Below, in pieces: positions 9,414 through 20,223 of a stretch of DNA of 32,205 nucleotides. Origin of the DNA: a virus (taxonomy: Duplodnaviria > Caudoviricetes); the IMG/VR virus record IMGVR_UViG_3300005931_000048, positions 1 through 32,205 of that record. One strand, written 5' to 3'. The stretch's first letter is position 1. Each line of letters opens with the position of its first letter. The notes beneath the pieces are model-generated. The model saw only the letters and a program-made list of their open reading frames with translations. It was not told where the DNA came from and made no database searches. Position numbers and translations under genes: made by a program.

Positions 9414-11666
9414 ATGGATAAAACCTTAAATAGACCTCTGTTTAGAAAAAAAGCTCAAGAGCTTAATAAAATAGATGGTAAAGCTGTTCCTAAATTTTTT
9501 GTTGGCGGAATTATGTCAGCTGGAAATATGCTTAGAACCGCTGCCACACCTGCATATAGATACCTAGCACCTAAAGTTTCTAAATTTATGGCTAAACCTG
9601 CAGTACAAACAGGTGTAGTAGGATTAGAAGGTTATGGTATTGGCGTAGGTTCTAGAGAAATGGCTGAAGGTGTTAAAGAAGGAGATACAGGTAAATTTTT
9701 ATCTGGAGCTTCTTACGCAGTACCTGGAATGGCTTTCTTGCCAGGAAGTGCTAGACGATCCGGAATAACAGCATTAAAAGAAACTGGGGAATTTATGGCC
9801 CCTAGAATGAAAGACATTACTAGAAAAATAGTATCTAACCCTGGAAAAACAGCATTAGCATCTATAGGAACTGGTATTACTGGAAACATGATATCGCCAC
9901 AAGAAGTTGAAGCACAAAGACCTGAAGCAATGTCTATAGAAGATTATCAAGCAGATATACAAGACAGATTAATTTACAATAAACCAGAATACAATCCAGA
10001 TCCTAAAAAGAAAGTTACAGAAAATTTAGCTGATTATAGAAAGCTAGAAGAAGAATCTAAAAACAATCCTATTGGTATTGAAAATCCAATGACTGACGGT
10101 GAAAAAACATTAAACGCACAATTAGGAATGGCTAACACTGTAAATGAAGTTGCTAAAAAATTAGGAGTTGAAGATGCTTCTACTGCAACAGATGAACAAA
10201 TCAAACAAATAGCAATTGAGTCTAATGTAGACGAACCTACTTTAAGACAAATGATTGGCAAACCTTCTGGAGACGCAGGAGACATGCCACCGGCCAACCC
10301 AGATGGAGTTCCTGTACTTACAGGAAATGAAAGTCCTGCTGAAATAGAATATTTAATAAACAAAAGAAAAAGAGATATGGCAGGAGCTAATGAAACTTCT
10401 AAAACTTCTGAATTAGCTACAGGTTTTGCAGATTTCAGAGATCAAATGAATCAAATGACGGGGAATACTCCTGAGAATTTAAATAATTTATTAATGATGA
10501 GAACTGCTGCAACTTTATTATCAGGAAAAACTACACAACCTGGTTTTAGAGGTTTTGCTGATGTAGCAGGTCAAGCTTTAGGATCCACTGCAGATATGAT
10601 GATTGGTTTAAAAATGAAACAACAAGATTCAGATATGAAGTTAGCACAAGCTTATTTAAAAATGAAACAAGAAAAAGCTAAAGGAACAGAAATGTTAACT
10701 ACTGGAGATAAAACAGTTAGAGTAAATGATCCTTCAGTTCCAGGTGGTTTTAGAAATGTTAGAGTATCTTTAGGTAAAGACAATAAATTTTATCAAAGAA
10801 CAATGAACCCAGATGGAACACAAGGTTTTGTAGCAGCAGATTTCACTGGTACTGATGTGAAAAGAAATGATGAAAAACTTAACAAAGCTCTTATGGGTCT
10901 AGAAGACAATAGAAGAGGTGGAAAAATGGTAGACTTTGTAATTCAAAATGCAGGATCAGGTGGAACTAAAGCTGCTTTAGGATTATTAGCTGAGGATACT
11001 TTAGGTACTTTTGATTTCTTTGCAGGTGGAAATGTAGGAGGAGACACTTCAGTTATTGATGATCAAATTAGAGCTGAAATGGCTAATACTTCAGGAAGAG
11101 AAGGATTTGACATAAGTGGAGGCAGGGTAAATATTTTTGCAAAAGAATCAGATAACATGACTAAAAGATTTAATTCAGATTTAGAAGATGCTAGAAAAAA
11201 TGGTGCTAAAGAAGTTGAAAAACAATTAAAGAAAGCTGGGATTGTAGCTAAAAACTATAGACCTACAGAGCAGGATTTAAGAAAATACACTAGACTAGCT
11301 TTAATTGAGCAACGTATGAAATACATTGTAGCAAACGCAAACAAATCAGAAGACAGATTAACACAAAAAGATATTGATAACGCTGCTAAACGTACTCAAA
11401 TTATTAAGTACATTACTTCACCAAGAACTATTAGATTAAACTATGAACAGTTAAGACAAGAGTTTGGTGAAAAAGCAGGAACTTATTTAAATCAATACAA
11501 ATTAAATGGTGGTGATGAAGACTTTATTATAAATAACTTTATGGATATTCCTGGAGTTAAAATGCAGTACGATCAAAAAAATAAACAATATCAACAAAGC
11601 CAACAAGTTGAAAACACAGTTTCTAGAAGAGATATATTAAATACTATACCAATCGCTGGAGGTTAA
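9414..11666 (+). CDS. Large internal virion/ejection protein (750 aa)
   Basis: AAGGA RBS; helical, Cys/Trp-free composition; second large gene of the ejection series. Confidence 0.6.
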   Translation: MDKTLNRPLFRKKAQELNKIDGKAVPKFFVGGIMSAGNMLRTAATPAYRYLAPKVSKFMAKPAVQTGVVGLEGYGIGVGSREMAEGVKEGDTGKFLSGASYAVPGMAFLPGSARRSGITALKETGEFMAPRMKDITRKIVSNPGKTALASIGTGITGNMISPQEVEAQRPEAMSIEDYQADIQDRLIYNKPEYNPDPKKKVTENLADYRKLEEESKNNPIGIENPMTDGEKTLNAQLGMANTVNEVAKKLGVEDASTATDEQIKQIAIESNVDEPTLRQMIGKPSGDAGDMPPANPDGVPVLTGNESPAEIEYLINKRKRDMAGANETSKTSELATGFADFRDQMNQMTGNTPENLNNLLMMRTAATLLSGKTTQPGFRGFADVAGQALGSTADMMIGLKMKQQDSDMKLAQAYLKMKQEKAKGTEMLTTGDKTVRVNDPSVPGGFRNVRVSLGKDNKFYQRTMNPDGTQGFVAADFTGTDVKRNDEKLNKALMGLEDNRRGGKMVDFVIQNAGSGGTKAALGLLAEDTLGTFDFFAGGNVGGDTSVIDDQIRAEMANTSGREGFDISGGRVNIFAKESDNMTKRFNSDLEDARKNGAKEVEKQLKKAGIVAKNYRPTEQDLRKYTRLALIEQRMKYIVANANKSEDRLTQKDIDNAAKRTQIIKYITSPRTIRLNYEQLRQEFGEKAGTYLNQYKLNGGDEDFIINNFMDIPGVKMQYDQKNKQYQQSQQVENTVSRRDILNTIPIAGG

Positions 11667-11668
11667 AA

Positions 11669-14600
11669 ATGGCTTCATTAAAAGAACTCCAATCAGCAAT
11701 AGATCAAAAGAAAATTGACACCAGAAGTCTTGCTCCAGAACAAATGGAAGCATTAGACCAAGCTTTTAAAACAGGAGAGCTTAAAGGATATGAAGGAGCA
11801 GAGGACTACTCTAGATTAATTAATTTAGGTGCAGAAAGCGTTGCTGGTGTAAAACAAAAAAGATTAGAAGGCATGAAAACTGCTACTGGAATGGAAAGAG
11901 GAGATCTTGTATTCTATGGAGCTGCTGGAGCGTCTATGGTTCCTTATTTTAAAAACAAAGACGCACTTATGGATGCTTTTGTTCAACAGGGATTTAAAGA
12001 TAGATATGGAGTAGACACTCGTTTTGGAAACATGAGTGATATGTACAATAAAAGATTTAGTGTATTAAAAAATTCTTTAAAAAAACTACCTAACGTAAGA
12101 GGCCCTGCAGGTATTCCTATAAGAATGTTAGGTAATTTAGCGGGTATGGTAGATAACACAATTGACTTTTTTCAAAAAGCAAGAAAGTTTGGTACTACTC
12201 CTCAATTAGCAACAGAAGCTACTTCTTTGCTTGCAGGTGCTACAGGAGCTGGAGCAGGTTCTATTTTATATGATATGGGAAATTTAGGTTCTGATTTTGT
12301 AGCAGCAACTTCTGCAGACATGGCTAACCTTACAGATAACGATATTAGAAAATTACCTTTTGCTGAAAGAACTTTATTTAATGCATTAAGTGAAGCTAAC
12401 AATGATATGCTTTGGGCTGGTGGAGCTTTGTCTTTATTACCTGTAGTTAAATTTGCAGTAAAATCGGGAGTAAAAAATCAATTAGGATTAAATTCAGAGC
12501 AATCTAAAGAAATAGCAAGGTCTTATGAAAGAGTAGGACTAAAACCAAATGTTGCAACTTTAATTCCAGGAAACAATGCTTTTCAAAACTTTTTTAAAAA
12601 GTTCTTTAGTACTATTGGGGTATATCCTTTGGTATCAGGTCCTTTAGTTAAATTTAATAAAGATACAAATAAAAAATTATCTCAAGAAGCTTTTTTAGAA
12701 GCAGCAGATAATTTAAATTTAGCACCAGGAAGCAATATAAGTATTATGAATTATGCTGGAGCAAATGAAATAAAAAAAGAATGGGGTAAAGTTTTAGATA
12801 CAATTAGCACAGAATATGGAGAAGTTAGAAAGTATTGGGAAGAAATAGGTAACCCTAAATTTATACCCACTAAAACAGTTAAACAAGAAACAGAAAGATT
12901 AATTGAACAAATAAAAACAGAATATCCTACACAATACTATGACCTATTTGATAACACAGGTCCTGGAAGAGATTTATTACCTACTGATGATACTTTAGTT
13001 CAATATGTAAGATACTTAAACGAAATCACTAGAAATAAAGGACACATTAGAATGAGTGACTGGTCTGGTTTATCAAGAATGCAGACAGCAGCTTATACAA
13101 ATACAAAATTTAATAATGTTAAACCTCAAATATTAGTTATTAGAAATGCTCTTGAAAAAGATTTAAATAGTATGAATGATGCTACGGTTAGAAGTAATTT
13201 AAAAAACGAAATATTTAAAGATGAATATGCAGACATTCTAGGAAAAGAAGGTCCACAAGCTGCTGAAGATTTTATAGATAAAAATATAAGAACTGCAAAT
13301 TTAGGTTTTAACAGATTGAAAGAAGCTAACAGTTTTTATTCAATGGTTTTAAGACCTTTTAATACTAATAAAGTAGCTAAACAATTAAGAGCAATGGATA
13401 GTAAGTTGTTTGCTGATAAAGGAATTGAAATGGTAGGCCCGGCAACTATATATCCTGACGAAATTTTTGATAAAGTAATTAGAAGAATTTTAGCATCTGA
13501 TAGTCCTGATGCTGTTAAACAATTAAAACAAGTATTAGGAGTAACACGTTCAAGTTACGATATTTTAGATGAAGCGGGTAAGGTAAAAAGAACTGTTAAA
13601 ATACCTAACAGTAAAGAATCTCAAGAAATGTATGATCGTTATGTAAGAACTTGGTTCTGGGATTCATGGAATAATTCTATGCAATTTCCTCTAAGAGACC
13701 ACCAAGGATTGTCTGCTCAAGCAATTGCAGCTCAAGCTTCTAAAAAAGGTTTTAAGACTAAAAGATTATTTCAGTTAGATGATATTACAGAACAAAGAAT
13801 AAGAGCTAAAACAAAAACAAATGAAACTTTTGATGTTACAGAAATAGATGGTAGAGTTTTTACTGAAGGTCAAGGAATGGCTAATTTAAATGATGGTATG
13901 ATTAGAAATCATGATTTTGGAGAAATAGATATTGATAAGTTTGTAAAAAATATAGGTCTAGATCAAGCTCAAGGACAAGATAAAATTAGAGAAATATTTG
14001 GAGGAGGAGTTGCGGGAGAAAAAGCATTGCAAAGAGTAAAAGACATTGTTGCTATTAAACGATCTTTAGATTCAGTTGATTTTACGGACCCTTCTAAATT
14101 CGTACAAAGATCAATAACATTAAGAGCAGGTTCTTCTGGTGGAATATTAGCTGGAGCAACTTCAGCTGCTTTTGGTTTTGGTAGTACGTTTAAATTAATT
14201 TTAGGAGCTAGAATTTTTGGTACTCTTTTAACTAACCCTAAAGTTGCAGAAAACTTTATGGAAATGAATAAATACATGAGATTTATGTCTGATGATCCTA
14301 ATGTATATAAATTATCTCCACAGTTAGTTCCTAGAGCATCTAGAACGTTTGCAAGATTTATAAATAGTTTAATGGAAGCAGAAGGTGATGATTTTAGAGT
14401 AGATCCTAACAAAATAGATTTTCAAGAGATTAGACAGAAAATACAAAGCCTAGATCCTAACATTCCTTTATCTAATAAATTTGATTTTGGTACAATGCCT
14501 AAGTTTACTAGAGACAGGATTTATCCTGAGTTTGAAACAGCTAAAAACTTAACTCAAAGTTCAGCAATGGCTGGAGAAGAATTCCTGCAAGGAGCTAATT

Positions 14601-14911
14601 TAATGGCTAAGAGTGAGGATAACTTTGATCAGATAGCTAACTCAAATCCTATGTTACAGGCAACTGAACCTCAAGCAATGGTTCCCCCACAAAATACACA
14701 ACCACAACAAGCAATGAATACTGGTCAAATGCCACAGGCCACCGGACAAAACAATGCCCAGACTTTTGCTTCTTTATTTCCTAGAGATAACTTAGGTCAA
14801 GCAGTAGCTAATAACACACAACAACCTATGCAACTTAACAAAGGTGGTTTTGTTGGAAAAGAATTTATAGACGATATATATGAACAAGTAGAGGATGTAT
14901 TAAATGCCTAA
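11669..14911 (+). CDS. Very large internal virion/ejection protein (1080 aa)
   Basis: GGAGG RBS; helical with Gly/Ala hydrophobic segments; last large gene of the structural block. Confidence 0.6.
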   Translation: MASLKELQSAIDQKKIDTRSLAPEQMEALDQAFKTGELKGYEGAEDYSRLINLGAESVAGVKQKRLEGMKTATGMERGDLVFYGAAGASMVPYFKNKDALMDAFVQQGFKDRYGVDTRFGNMSDMYNKRFSVLKNSLKKLPNVRGPAGIPIRMLGNLAGMVDNTIDFFQKARKFGTTPQLATEATSLLAGATGAGAGSILYDMGNLGSDFVAATSADMANLTDNDIRKLPFAERTLFNALSEANNDMLWAGGALSLLPVVKFAVKSGVKNQLGLNSEQSKEIARSYERVGLKPNVATLIPGNNAFQNFFKKFFSTIGVYPLVSGPLVKFNKDTNKKLSQEAFLEAADNLNLAPGSNISIMNYAGANEIKKEWGKVLDTISTEYGEVRKYWEEIGNPKFIPTKTVKQETERLIEQIKTEYPTQYYDLFDNTGPGRDLLPTDDTLVQYVRYLNEITRNKGHIRMSDWSGLSRMQTAAYTNTKFNNVKPQILVIRNALEKDLNSMNDATVRSNLKNEIFKDEYADILGKEGPQAAEDFIDKNIRTANLGFNRLKEANSFYSMVLRPFNTNKVAKQLRAMDSKLFADKGIEMVGPATIYPDEIFDKVIRRILASDSPDAVKQLKQVLGVTRSSYDILDEAGKVKRTVKIPNSKESQEMYDRYVRTWFWDSWNNSMQFPLRDHQGLSAQAIAAQASKKGFKTKRLFQLDDITEQRIRAKTKTNETFDVTEIDGRVFTEGQGMANLNDGMIRNHDFGEIDIDKFVKNIGLDQAQGQDKIREIFGGGVAGEKALQRVKDIVAIKRSLDSVDFTDPSKFVQRSITLRAGSSGGILAGATSAAFGFGSTFKLILGARIFGTLLTNPKVAENFMEMNKYMRFMSDDPNVYKLSPQLVPRASRTFARFINSLMEAEGDDFRVDPNKIDFQEIRQKIQSLDPNIPLSNKFDFGTMPKFTRDRIYPEFETAKNLTQSSAMAGEEFLQGANLMAKSEDNFDQIANSNPMLQATEPQAMVPPQNTQPQQAMNTGQMPQATGQNNAQTFASLFPRDNLGQAVANNTQQPMQLNKGGFVGKEFIDDIYEQVEDVLNA

Positions 14912-15080
14912 AAGATCTGCATTAGATAAAATTGAATACCATGAAAAGATCTGCAGATTAATGCAAAAACAAACATTCGAAAAAATTGAAAAAATAGAAA
15001 CTCGTATTAATAGACTAGAGAAGTTTATTATAGGGGGTTTAGGAGCTATACTTTTAGCTGTACTTTCTAACCATATGTAG
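14904..15080 (+). CDS. Small coiled-coil plus C-terminal TM protein (58 aa; XhlA/holin-like architecture)
   Basis: Not in the ORF track. GAGGA RBS; MPKRSALDKIEYHEKIC...RLEKFIIGGLGAILLAVLSNHM. Confidence 0.7.
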   Translation: MPKRSALDKIEYHEKICRLMQKQTFEKIEKIETRINRLEKFIIGGLGAILLAVLSNHM

Positions 15081-15092
15081 TAGTAATATCGA

Positions 15093-15824
15093 ATGATATT
15101 TATAGAAAACATAGAAGACAATTCATTTACATTAACTGAACTAGAATTAATAAAAAAATTTCCTTACAAAAAATATTCGAGAGCTAAAGATCCTAAAACA
15201 GGTAAACGTATGTATTCTGTAGATGGAACTAAATTACCATCTGTAACTACTATACTTGGAGCAACAAAAGATAAAGAATCTATTGAAGCTTTGGAAAAAT
15301 GGCGACAGCGTGTCGGAGAAGACGGAGCGGAAAGAATAAAAAATGAAGCTTCTGCTATGGGAACTGAAATGCACTTAGTTATTGAAAAATATTTAGAAGG
15401 AGAAGGTTATTTAAATATTTCTGAAAAAGGAAACAGAGCTAGAAAAATGGCTCACACTATTCTTAAAAATATTGGAGGACTAACTCAAGTTTGGGGAAAC
15501 GAAATTAGTTTAGCTTACCCAGAAAAATTTGCAGGAGCAACAGATTGTATTGGAGTTATAGATGATAAAGTAACTATCTTTGATTGGAAACAAACTAATA
15601 AACCAAAAAGAAGAGAGTGGAGTGCTGTTCAAGATTATTTTGTTCAGTTAGGAGCCTATAGTTTAGCCCATGAAAGCATGTACGGAAAGATAGATCAAGT
15701 TAAGATATGTATGTGTTCAAGAGATTTTAACTATCAAGAATTTACTTTAGAAGGTCAAGAGTTAAAAGACTACCAGGAAAAATGGTGGGAACGATTTGAC
15801 AAATATTTAGAAACTATAAAATAA
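15093..15824 (+). CDS. PD-(D/E)XK exonuclease (MGME1/Cas4-like phage family)
   Basis: Contains LPSVTTIL, GTEMH, AGATD, IFDWKQ and QLGAY. Confidence 0.85.
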   Translation: MIFIENIEDNSFTLTELELIKKFPYKKYSRAKDPKTGKRMYSVDGTKLPSVTTILGATKDKESIEALEKWRQRVGEDGAERIKNEASAMGTEMHLVIEKYLEGEGYLNISEKGNRARKMAHTILKNIGGLTQVWGNEISLAYPEKFAGATDCIGVIDDKVTIFDWKQTNKPKRREWSAVQDYFVQLGAYSLAHESMYGKIDQVKICMCSRDFNYQEFTLEGQELKDYQEKWWERFDKYLETIK

Positions 15825-17258
15825 TTATTTTAACCAATCTTTAAAGTCATCACCTAAAGTTTCAGTCGCTAATTTATTTTTGTTTTTTAATGAAACTAAA
15901 ATTCTTTCATCTAAAGTATCTTTACAAATAAGGTCTGTGTATAAAACAGTTTTAGTTTGTCCGCTTCTATGTGCTCTGTCTTCTGATTGTCTTCTAACTT
16001 CATAGTTAAAACTATTAGAGAAATAAATAACATTAGTGGCTGCTGTTAAAGTTAAACCAAAACCTCCTGTAGTAGGATTGCCTACAAAAAATCTACACTC
16101 ATCATCTTCTTGAAATCTTCTCATGGCTTTAGTTCTGGTAACTGAATCAATTGCACCGTAGTTAGCTACAACAGATTTAACTCCATATTTTTCTTTTAAA
16201 AATTTTATAATAGATTCAATGTTGTAAATATAGTTTGCCCAAATAATAATCTTTCCTTCAGATTCTTCTATTATATCCGATAAAGCATGTAGTTTAGGAT
16301 TTTTAAATTCTTTTAAATCACCATCATTTGTTTTAACAAAACCATTGCATACTTGGTGAAGTCTAATTATTTCAGTTAACTTATTGTTATACGAAACCGT
16401 TTCATCTTCTATAATTGCAATAGCAGCTATTCTTAACTGTTCATAAAATTTCTTTTGGTCATCATTCATTTCAATATATCGTTTAGCATATTGTTTAGGA
16501 GGAAGATCAAGACATTCATCTTTAGTTACTCTGTAAGAAAATTGAGATAGTTTCTCTTCTAATTCTTTTATGTGAACATATTTAACAGGTATTTCTGTGT
16601 ACTTACCATTGCCTAGATCAAGCCTATGTGTAATACAATATCTATTTCTAAATGTGTAGTAAGAAGAAAACCCTAAATGTTTTTGATCTAAAAAATTACA
16701 TTGTGTGTAAAGATCTAATGGTGATTTAGTTACAGGAGAACCAGTTAATATTCTTCTGTATTTAGAATAGTCTCCTAATTTAAGAACGTTTTTAGTTCTA
16801 ATTGCTTTATGGTTTTTTATAGTAGTCGATTCATCTACAATAGATAAATTGTTTTTGTGATTATATAAAAATTCTGTAGCACCTTTAAGACCTCTTGAGG
16901 TAGATAAAGCTTCAATATTCATACAAAAGATTTTTAATTTTCCATGAGTATCATATGATTTTGCTAATTCTTTTGGTTTAGTAATGTTCCAAGAATATAT
17001 TTCGTATTCTATGTCAGGAGACATGTGTTTTTTAATCTCATCAAACGCCCATACAGTGTAAACTGATTTAGGTGCTAGTATTAAAACTCCAGTAATGTTT
17101 CTGTTGATTCTTAAAAGTCCTATATTATCAATTGCGACTTTAGTTTTTCCTGTACCCATTTCCATGAAAAACGCATAAGTGTCCTTATCCCAGGATTTTT
17201 CAAGGCACGTTTTTTGGTGTTCATATGGTTGTGTTTTAAAGTTAAACAAGTTCAACAT
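15825..17258 (-). CDS. SNF2-family (SF2) helicase
   Basis: Contains MEMGTGKT, VDES, LTGSP, GGFGLTLTAA and QSEDRAHRSGQ. Confidence 0.93.
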   Translation of the reverse strand: MLNLFNFKTQPYEHQKTCLEKSWDKDTYAFFMEMGTGKTKVAIDNIGLLRINRNITGVLILAPKSVYTVWAFDEIKKHMSPDIEYEIYSWNITKPKELAKSYDTHGKLKIFCMNIEALSTSRGLKGATEFLYNHKNNLSIVDESTTIKNHKAIRTKNVLKLGDYSKYRRILTGSPVTKSPLDLYTQCNFLDQKHLGFSSYYTFRNRYCITHRLDLGNGKYTEIPVKYVHIKELEEKLSQFSYRVTKDECLDLPPKQYAKRYIEMNDDQKKFYEQLRIAAIAIIEDETVSYNNKLTEIIRLHQVCNGFVKTNDGDLKEFKNPKLHALSDIIEESEGKIIIWANYIYNIESIIKFLKEKYGVKSVVANYGAIDSVTRTKAMRRFQEDDECRFFVGNPTTGGFGLTLTAATNVIYFSNSFNYEVRRQSEDRAHRSGQTKTVLYTDLICKDTLDERILVSLKNKNKLATETLGDDFKDWLK

Positions 17259-17263
17259 AATGC

Positions 17264-17296
17264 TTGACTTATAATCTGTAATGTTTATATAGTCAA
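17264..17296. promoter_or_regulatory. Fully overlapping divergent promoters
   Basis: Plus strand: TTGACT(17264-69)-N18-TATAGT(17288-93). Minus strand: TTGACT(17296-91)-N17-TATAAG(17273-68). Confidence 0.65.
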
Positions 17297-17318
17297 CATA
17301 ATAAAGGAGGTCATATTT

Positions 17319-17861
17319 ATGAACCTAGAACAACTAACAACGATAAATATAAAAACTGATGAAGTCAAAGAAATATCTGAAGCTTGTAACAAGCTTACTT
17401 CCCAGAATCAAAAAGTTGAAACTCTTGAGAAGTCTCTTAAAGAGGCTGAAGAAGAAGCTAGACGTTTATCGGAAGAGGTGATACCAACACTTATGCAACA
17501 AGCAGGAGTGTCTTCTATTAAATTAGATAACGGTACATCTGTTGAAGTTTCACCTTACTACTATGCGAAAATCTCTGAAGATAGAAAAGCGGAAGCTTTT
17601 CAATGGTTGCGTGAGAACGACCATGGGGATCTGATAAAAAATAATGTATCAGTATCGTTTGGTAAGGGGGAAGATTCTAACGCAGTAAATTTAAAATCTG
17701 AGTTAGAAGCTAAAGGTCTTGTCGTAGACCAAAAACAAGACGTTCATTGGCAAACTCTTCGAGGATTTGTAAAAGAGCAAATTGAGAAGAATAAAACACT
17801 TCCATCGGAAACGTTTGGATTGTATATTGCCAACCGAACTAAAATAAAAACTAACAAATAA
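17319..17861 (+). CDS. Conserved phage replication-module hypothetical protein (N-terminal coiled coil)
   Basis: AAGGAGG RBS; IP..M...G, AFQWLRE..HGDLIK and VHWQTL..FVKE motifs recur in phage replication modules. Confidence 0.75.
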   Translation: MNLEQLTTINIKTDEVKEISEACNKLTSQNQKVETLEKSLKEAEEEARRLSEEVIPTLMQQAGVSSIKLDNGTSVEVSPYYYAKISEDRKAEAFQWLRENDHGDLIKNNVSVSFGKGEDSNAVNLKSELEAKGLVVDQKQDVHWQTLRGFVKEQIEKNKTLPSETFGLYIANRTKIKTNK

Positions 17862-17878
17862 AACCTAAGAGGTAACAA

Positions 17879-18676
17879 ATGAAGACACAAGAAAACACAG
17901 AAGTAGCTGTCAAAACTACTGCTGATGCACCTATGGCTGTAAACATGGAACAGTTTGCTGGTGCAGGATCGGAAAACATTACATCAAAAGATGTATCACT
18001 TCCGTTCTTAAAAATACTTACTAATAACTCACCATACGTAACACAAGGTGAGGCTAAATTTATTAGTGAGGCAAGACCTGGACAAGTAATTAACTCAGTT
18101 CTAAACAAACTCTATAATGGGTCTGAAGGATTTGAAGTTGTTCCTTGTTTCTTTAAATTCGAATATGTGGAATGGGCAGACAGAGGTACACAGAATTCTG
18201 TTGCACCTGTTAACTCATATCCTGCTGATTCGGATATAATGACTAAAACATCAAGAGGCGATGATCGTAAAGATAGACTTGCTAATGGCAATTATATTGA
18301 ACCGACTCATTACCACTATGTTATGTTAGTAGGAGACAATGATCAACCTGCTGAAACTGCAGTTATTGTCATGAAAGCCACGCAAGCAAAGAAATCCAAG
18401 AAGTGGAATTCTATGATGCTATCCCAAAGAAGAAAGGGTAAAAGTGGTATGTTTCAACCGCCCACATGGTCTCAAATATATAAATTGAGAACTGTGGTAG
18501 AAAAGAACAGTTTAGGTTCTTGGTATGGTTGGGAAGTAGATCATGTCAAAGATATACCTAATCAAGGTTTAATGGATAGTGCTATGGCTTTCTATGAATC
18601 TTGTAAAAAAGGTAATGCCAAGGTCAATCTGTCCGAGGATCAGCAAGAACAAACAGGTACGAAAGCTCCCTTTTAA
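17879..18676 (+). CDS. Putative ssDNA-binding/annealing protein
   Basis: GAGG RBS; lies before the primase; C-terminal tail ends in PF; aromatic beta motifs (YVEW, WYGW). Confidence 0.5.
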   Translation: MKTQENTEVAVKTTADAPMAVNMEQFAGAGSENITSKDVSLPFLKILTNNSPYVTQGEAKFISEARPGQVINSVLNKLYNGSEGFEVVPCFFKFEYVEWADRGTQNSVAPVNSYPADSDIMTKTSRGDDRKDRLANGNYIEPTHYHYVMLVGDNDQPAETAVIVMKATQAKKSKKWNSMMLSQRRKGKSGMFQPPTWSQIYKLRTVVEKNSLGSWYGWEVDHVKDIPNQGLMDSAMAFYESCKKGNAKVNLSEDQQEQTGTKAPF

Positions 18677-20223
18677 TGAGTTCACTAAATTTTTTTAGTA
18701 AACTTTTTGGGGGCTTAACATCTGCCTACGGAACCTATGAGCTCAACGGAGCTCATAGGGAAGATGGTAAAGCTGAAGGTCGTGCCTTAACTAAAAAAGG
18801 TGACGTAACCATAGAATTATTTAGACAACATTTAAATGGACAATTAAGTTTAGGAATTGTTCCTATTATGAAAGACAACCAATGTAAGTGGGGTTGTATA
18901 GATGTAGATGAGTATGACGGATTTAATCCACTTATTGCAATTAAAAAAATTAGAGATTTAAAATTACCTTTGTTTCCATACAGATCTAAATCTGGTGGAT
19001 TACATATATTTTTACATATTGATGGAGTAATTCCTGCAACTGATATGATTGATAAGTTAACACAACTTGCAAGTCGTTTAGGTTTAGCTGATTGTGAAAT
19101 ATTTCCAAAACAAAGAACTATAAATGTTGAGTTAGGTACAATTGGTAACTGGTTAAACTTGCCTTATCAAAATGCTAAATTTACAACTAGACATGCAATA
19201 GATGATAAAGGCCAATCAATTGCAATAGAAGATTTGGAGAAAGCAGTAACCCCTTATTTAGTTAAACCAGAAGACTTTTATAAAATTAAAATAGAAGAAT
19301 TACATGATGAAGACCAACAGTTTAATGATTATCCACCATGTGTTCAAAGTTTTATTAAAAATACAGTAGAACCTGGAGAAGGCAGAAACGATGCTTTGTT
19401 TAATGTAGGAGTTCTTATGTTAAAAAAACATGGTAAAGACGGTGCATGGGAAGATGGGTTAAGTGAAGTAAACAAGAATTGGAAAGACAATGCGATACCT
19501 GCTAAAGAATTAAAAGCAACTGTAATTAAAAGTTTAAGTAGTGAAAAGACTTATAACTATAGATGCAATACTCCTATTGCTAAAAAGTTTTGTGATCAAG
19601 CTGCATGTGTAAAAAGAAAGTTAGGTATAGGTAAACATAACTATAGTTTTTCAATAGATAGTTTTCAAAAGATAAGCACTAAGCCACCTAAATATATTTT
19701 AACAATAGATAAAAAACCTATTAGATTAACAGGTCAACAATTATGTCAGCAACAGTTATTAAAAACAGAATTGTTTGATGCAGATATTGTGTGGAAAACA
19801 ATGGAGAAGGAAGGATTTAATATGTGGTTAACTTTCCTTAAATCTATGCAAACTGAAGTAGAAGGATATGACTTTACAGATGATGACAAAGATGAGTTTG
19901 AGTATCTGTTTAGAAACTTTATTGATGATAGCCAACTTGCAGATCATATAACACAAACACAAACTGATTATATTTTTGAAGATGATGGACATCTATTTTT
20001 TAGAGCAGAAGTATTTAAAAAGTTTTTAAAGAAGGATGGAAATAATATGAAACCTTCTGAAGTAAAAGAACTTCTTATTGATAATGGTGCAGAGTACATA
20101 AGATCTCACAGTGACTACAAAGGGAGACTATGGAAAATACCTAAGCCTAAACAAGAAAACATAAAAGAAAGAAATGTTAAATTCACACAACAGGCAGCTC
20201 CATTTGACCCAGATAGCCAATAA
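18676..20223 (+). CDS. AEP-superfamily primase with PriCT-like domain
   Basis: Contains WGCIDVD (DxD), RSKSGGLHIF (SxxxxH), EIFPKQ, GNWLNLPY and GEGRNDALF. Confidence 0.82.
   Translation: MSSLNFFSKLFGGLTSAYGTYELNGAHREDGKAEGRALTKKGDVTIELFRQHLNGQLSLGIVPIMKDNQCKWGCIDVDEYDGFNPLIAIKKIRDLKLPLFPYRSKSGGLHIFLHIDGVIPATDMIDKLTQLASRLGLADCEIFPKQRTINVELGTIGNWLNLPYQNAKFTTRHAIDDKGQSIAIEDLEKAVTPYLVKPEDFYKIKIEELHDEDQQFNDYPPCVQSFIKNTVEPGEGRNDALFNVGVLMLKKHGKDGAWEDGLSEVNKNWKDNAIPAKELKATVIKSLSSEKTYNYRCNTPIAKKFCDQAACVKRKLGIGKHNYSFSIDSFQKISTKPPKYILTIDKKPIRLTGQQLCQQQLLKTELFDADIVWKTMEKEGFNMWLTFLKSMQTEVEGYDFTDDDKDEFEYLFRNFIDDSQLADHITQTQTDYIFEDDGHLFFRAEVFKKFLKKDGNNMKPSEVKELLIDNGAEYIRSHSDYKGRLWKIPKPKQENIKERNVKFTQQAAPFDPDSQ

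Noticed and set aside
1851-14412. Minus-strand ORFs 1851, 2799, 4228, 4989, 10034, 12202 and 13969
   Set aside because: Antisense shadows of well-supported + strand genes, with no motifs.
15822-15827. Terminator between the convergent exonuclease and helicase genes
   Set aside because: The stop codons abut with zero gap and no hairpin was seen.
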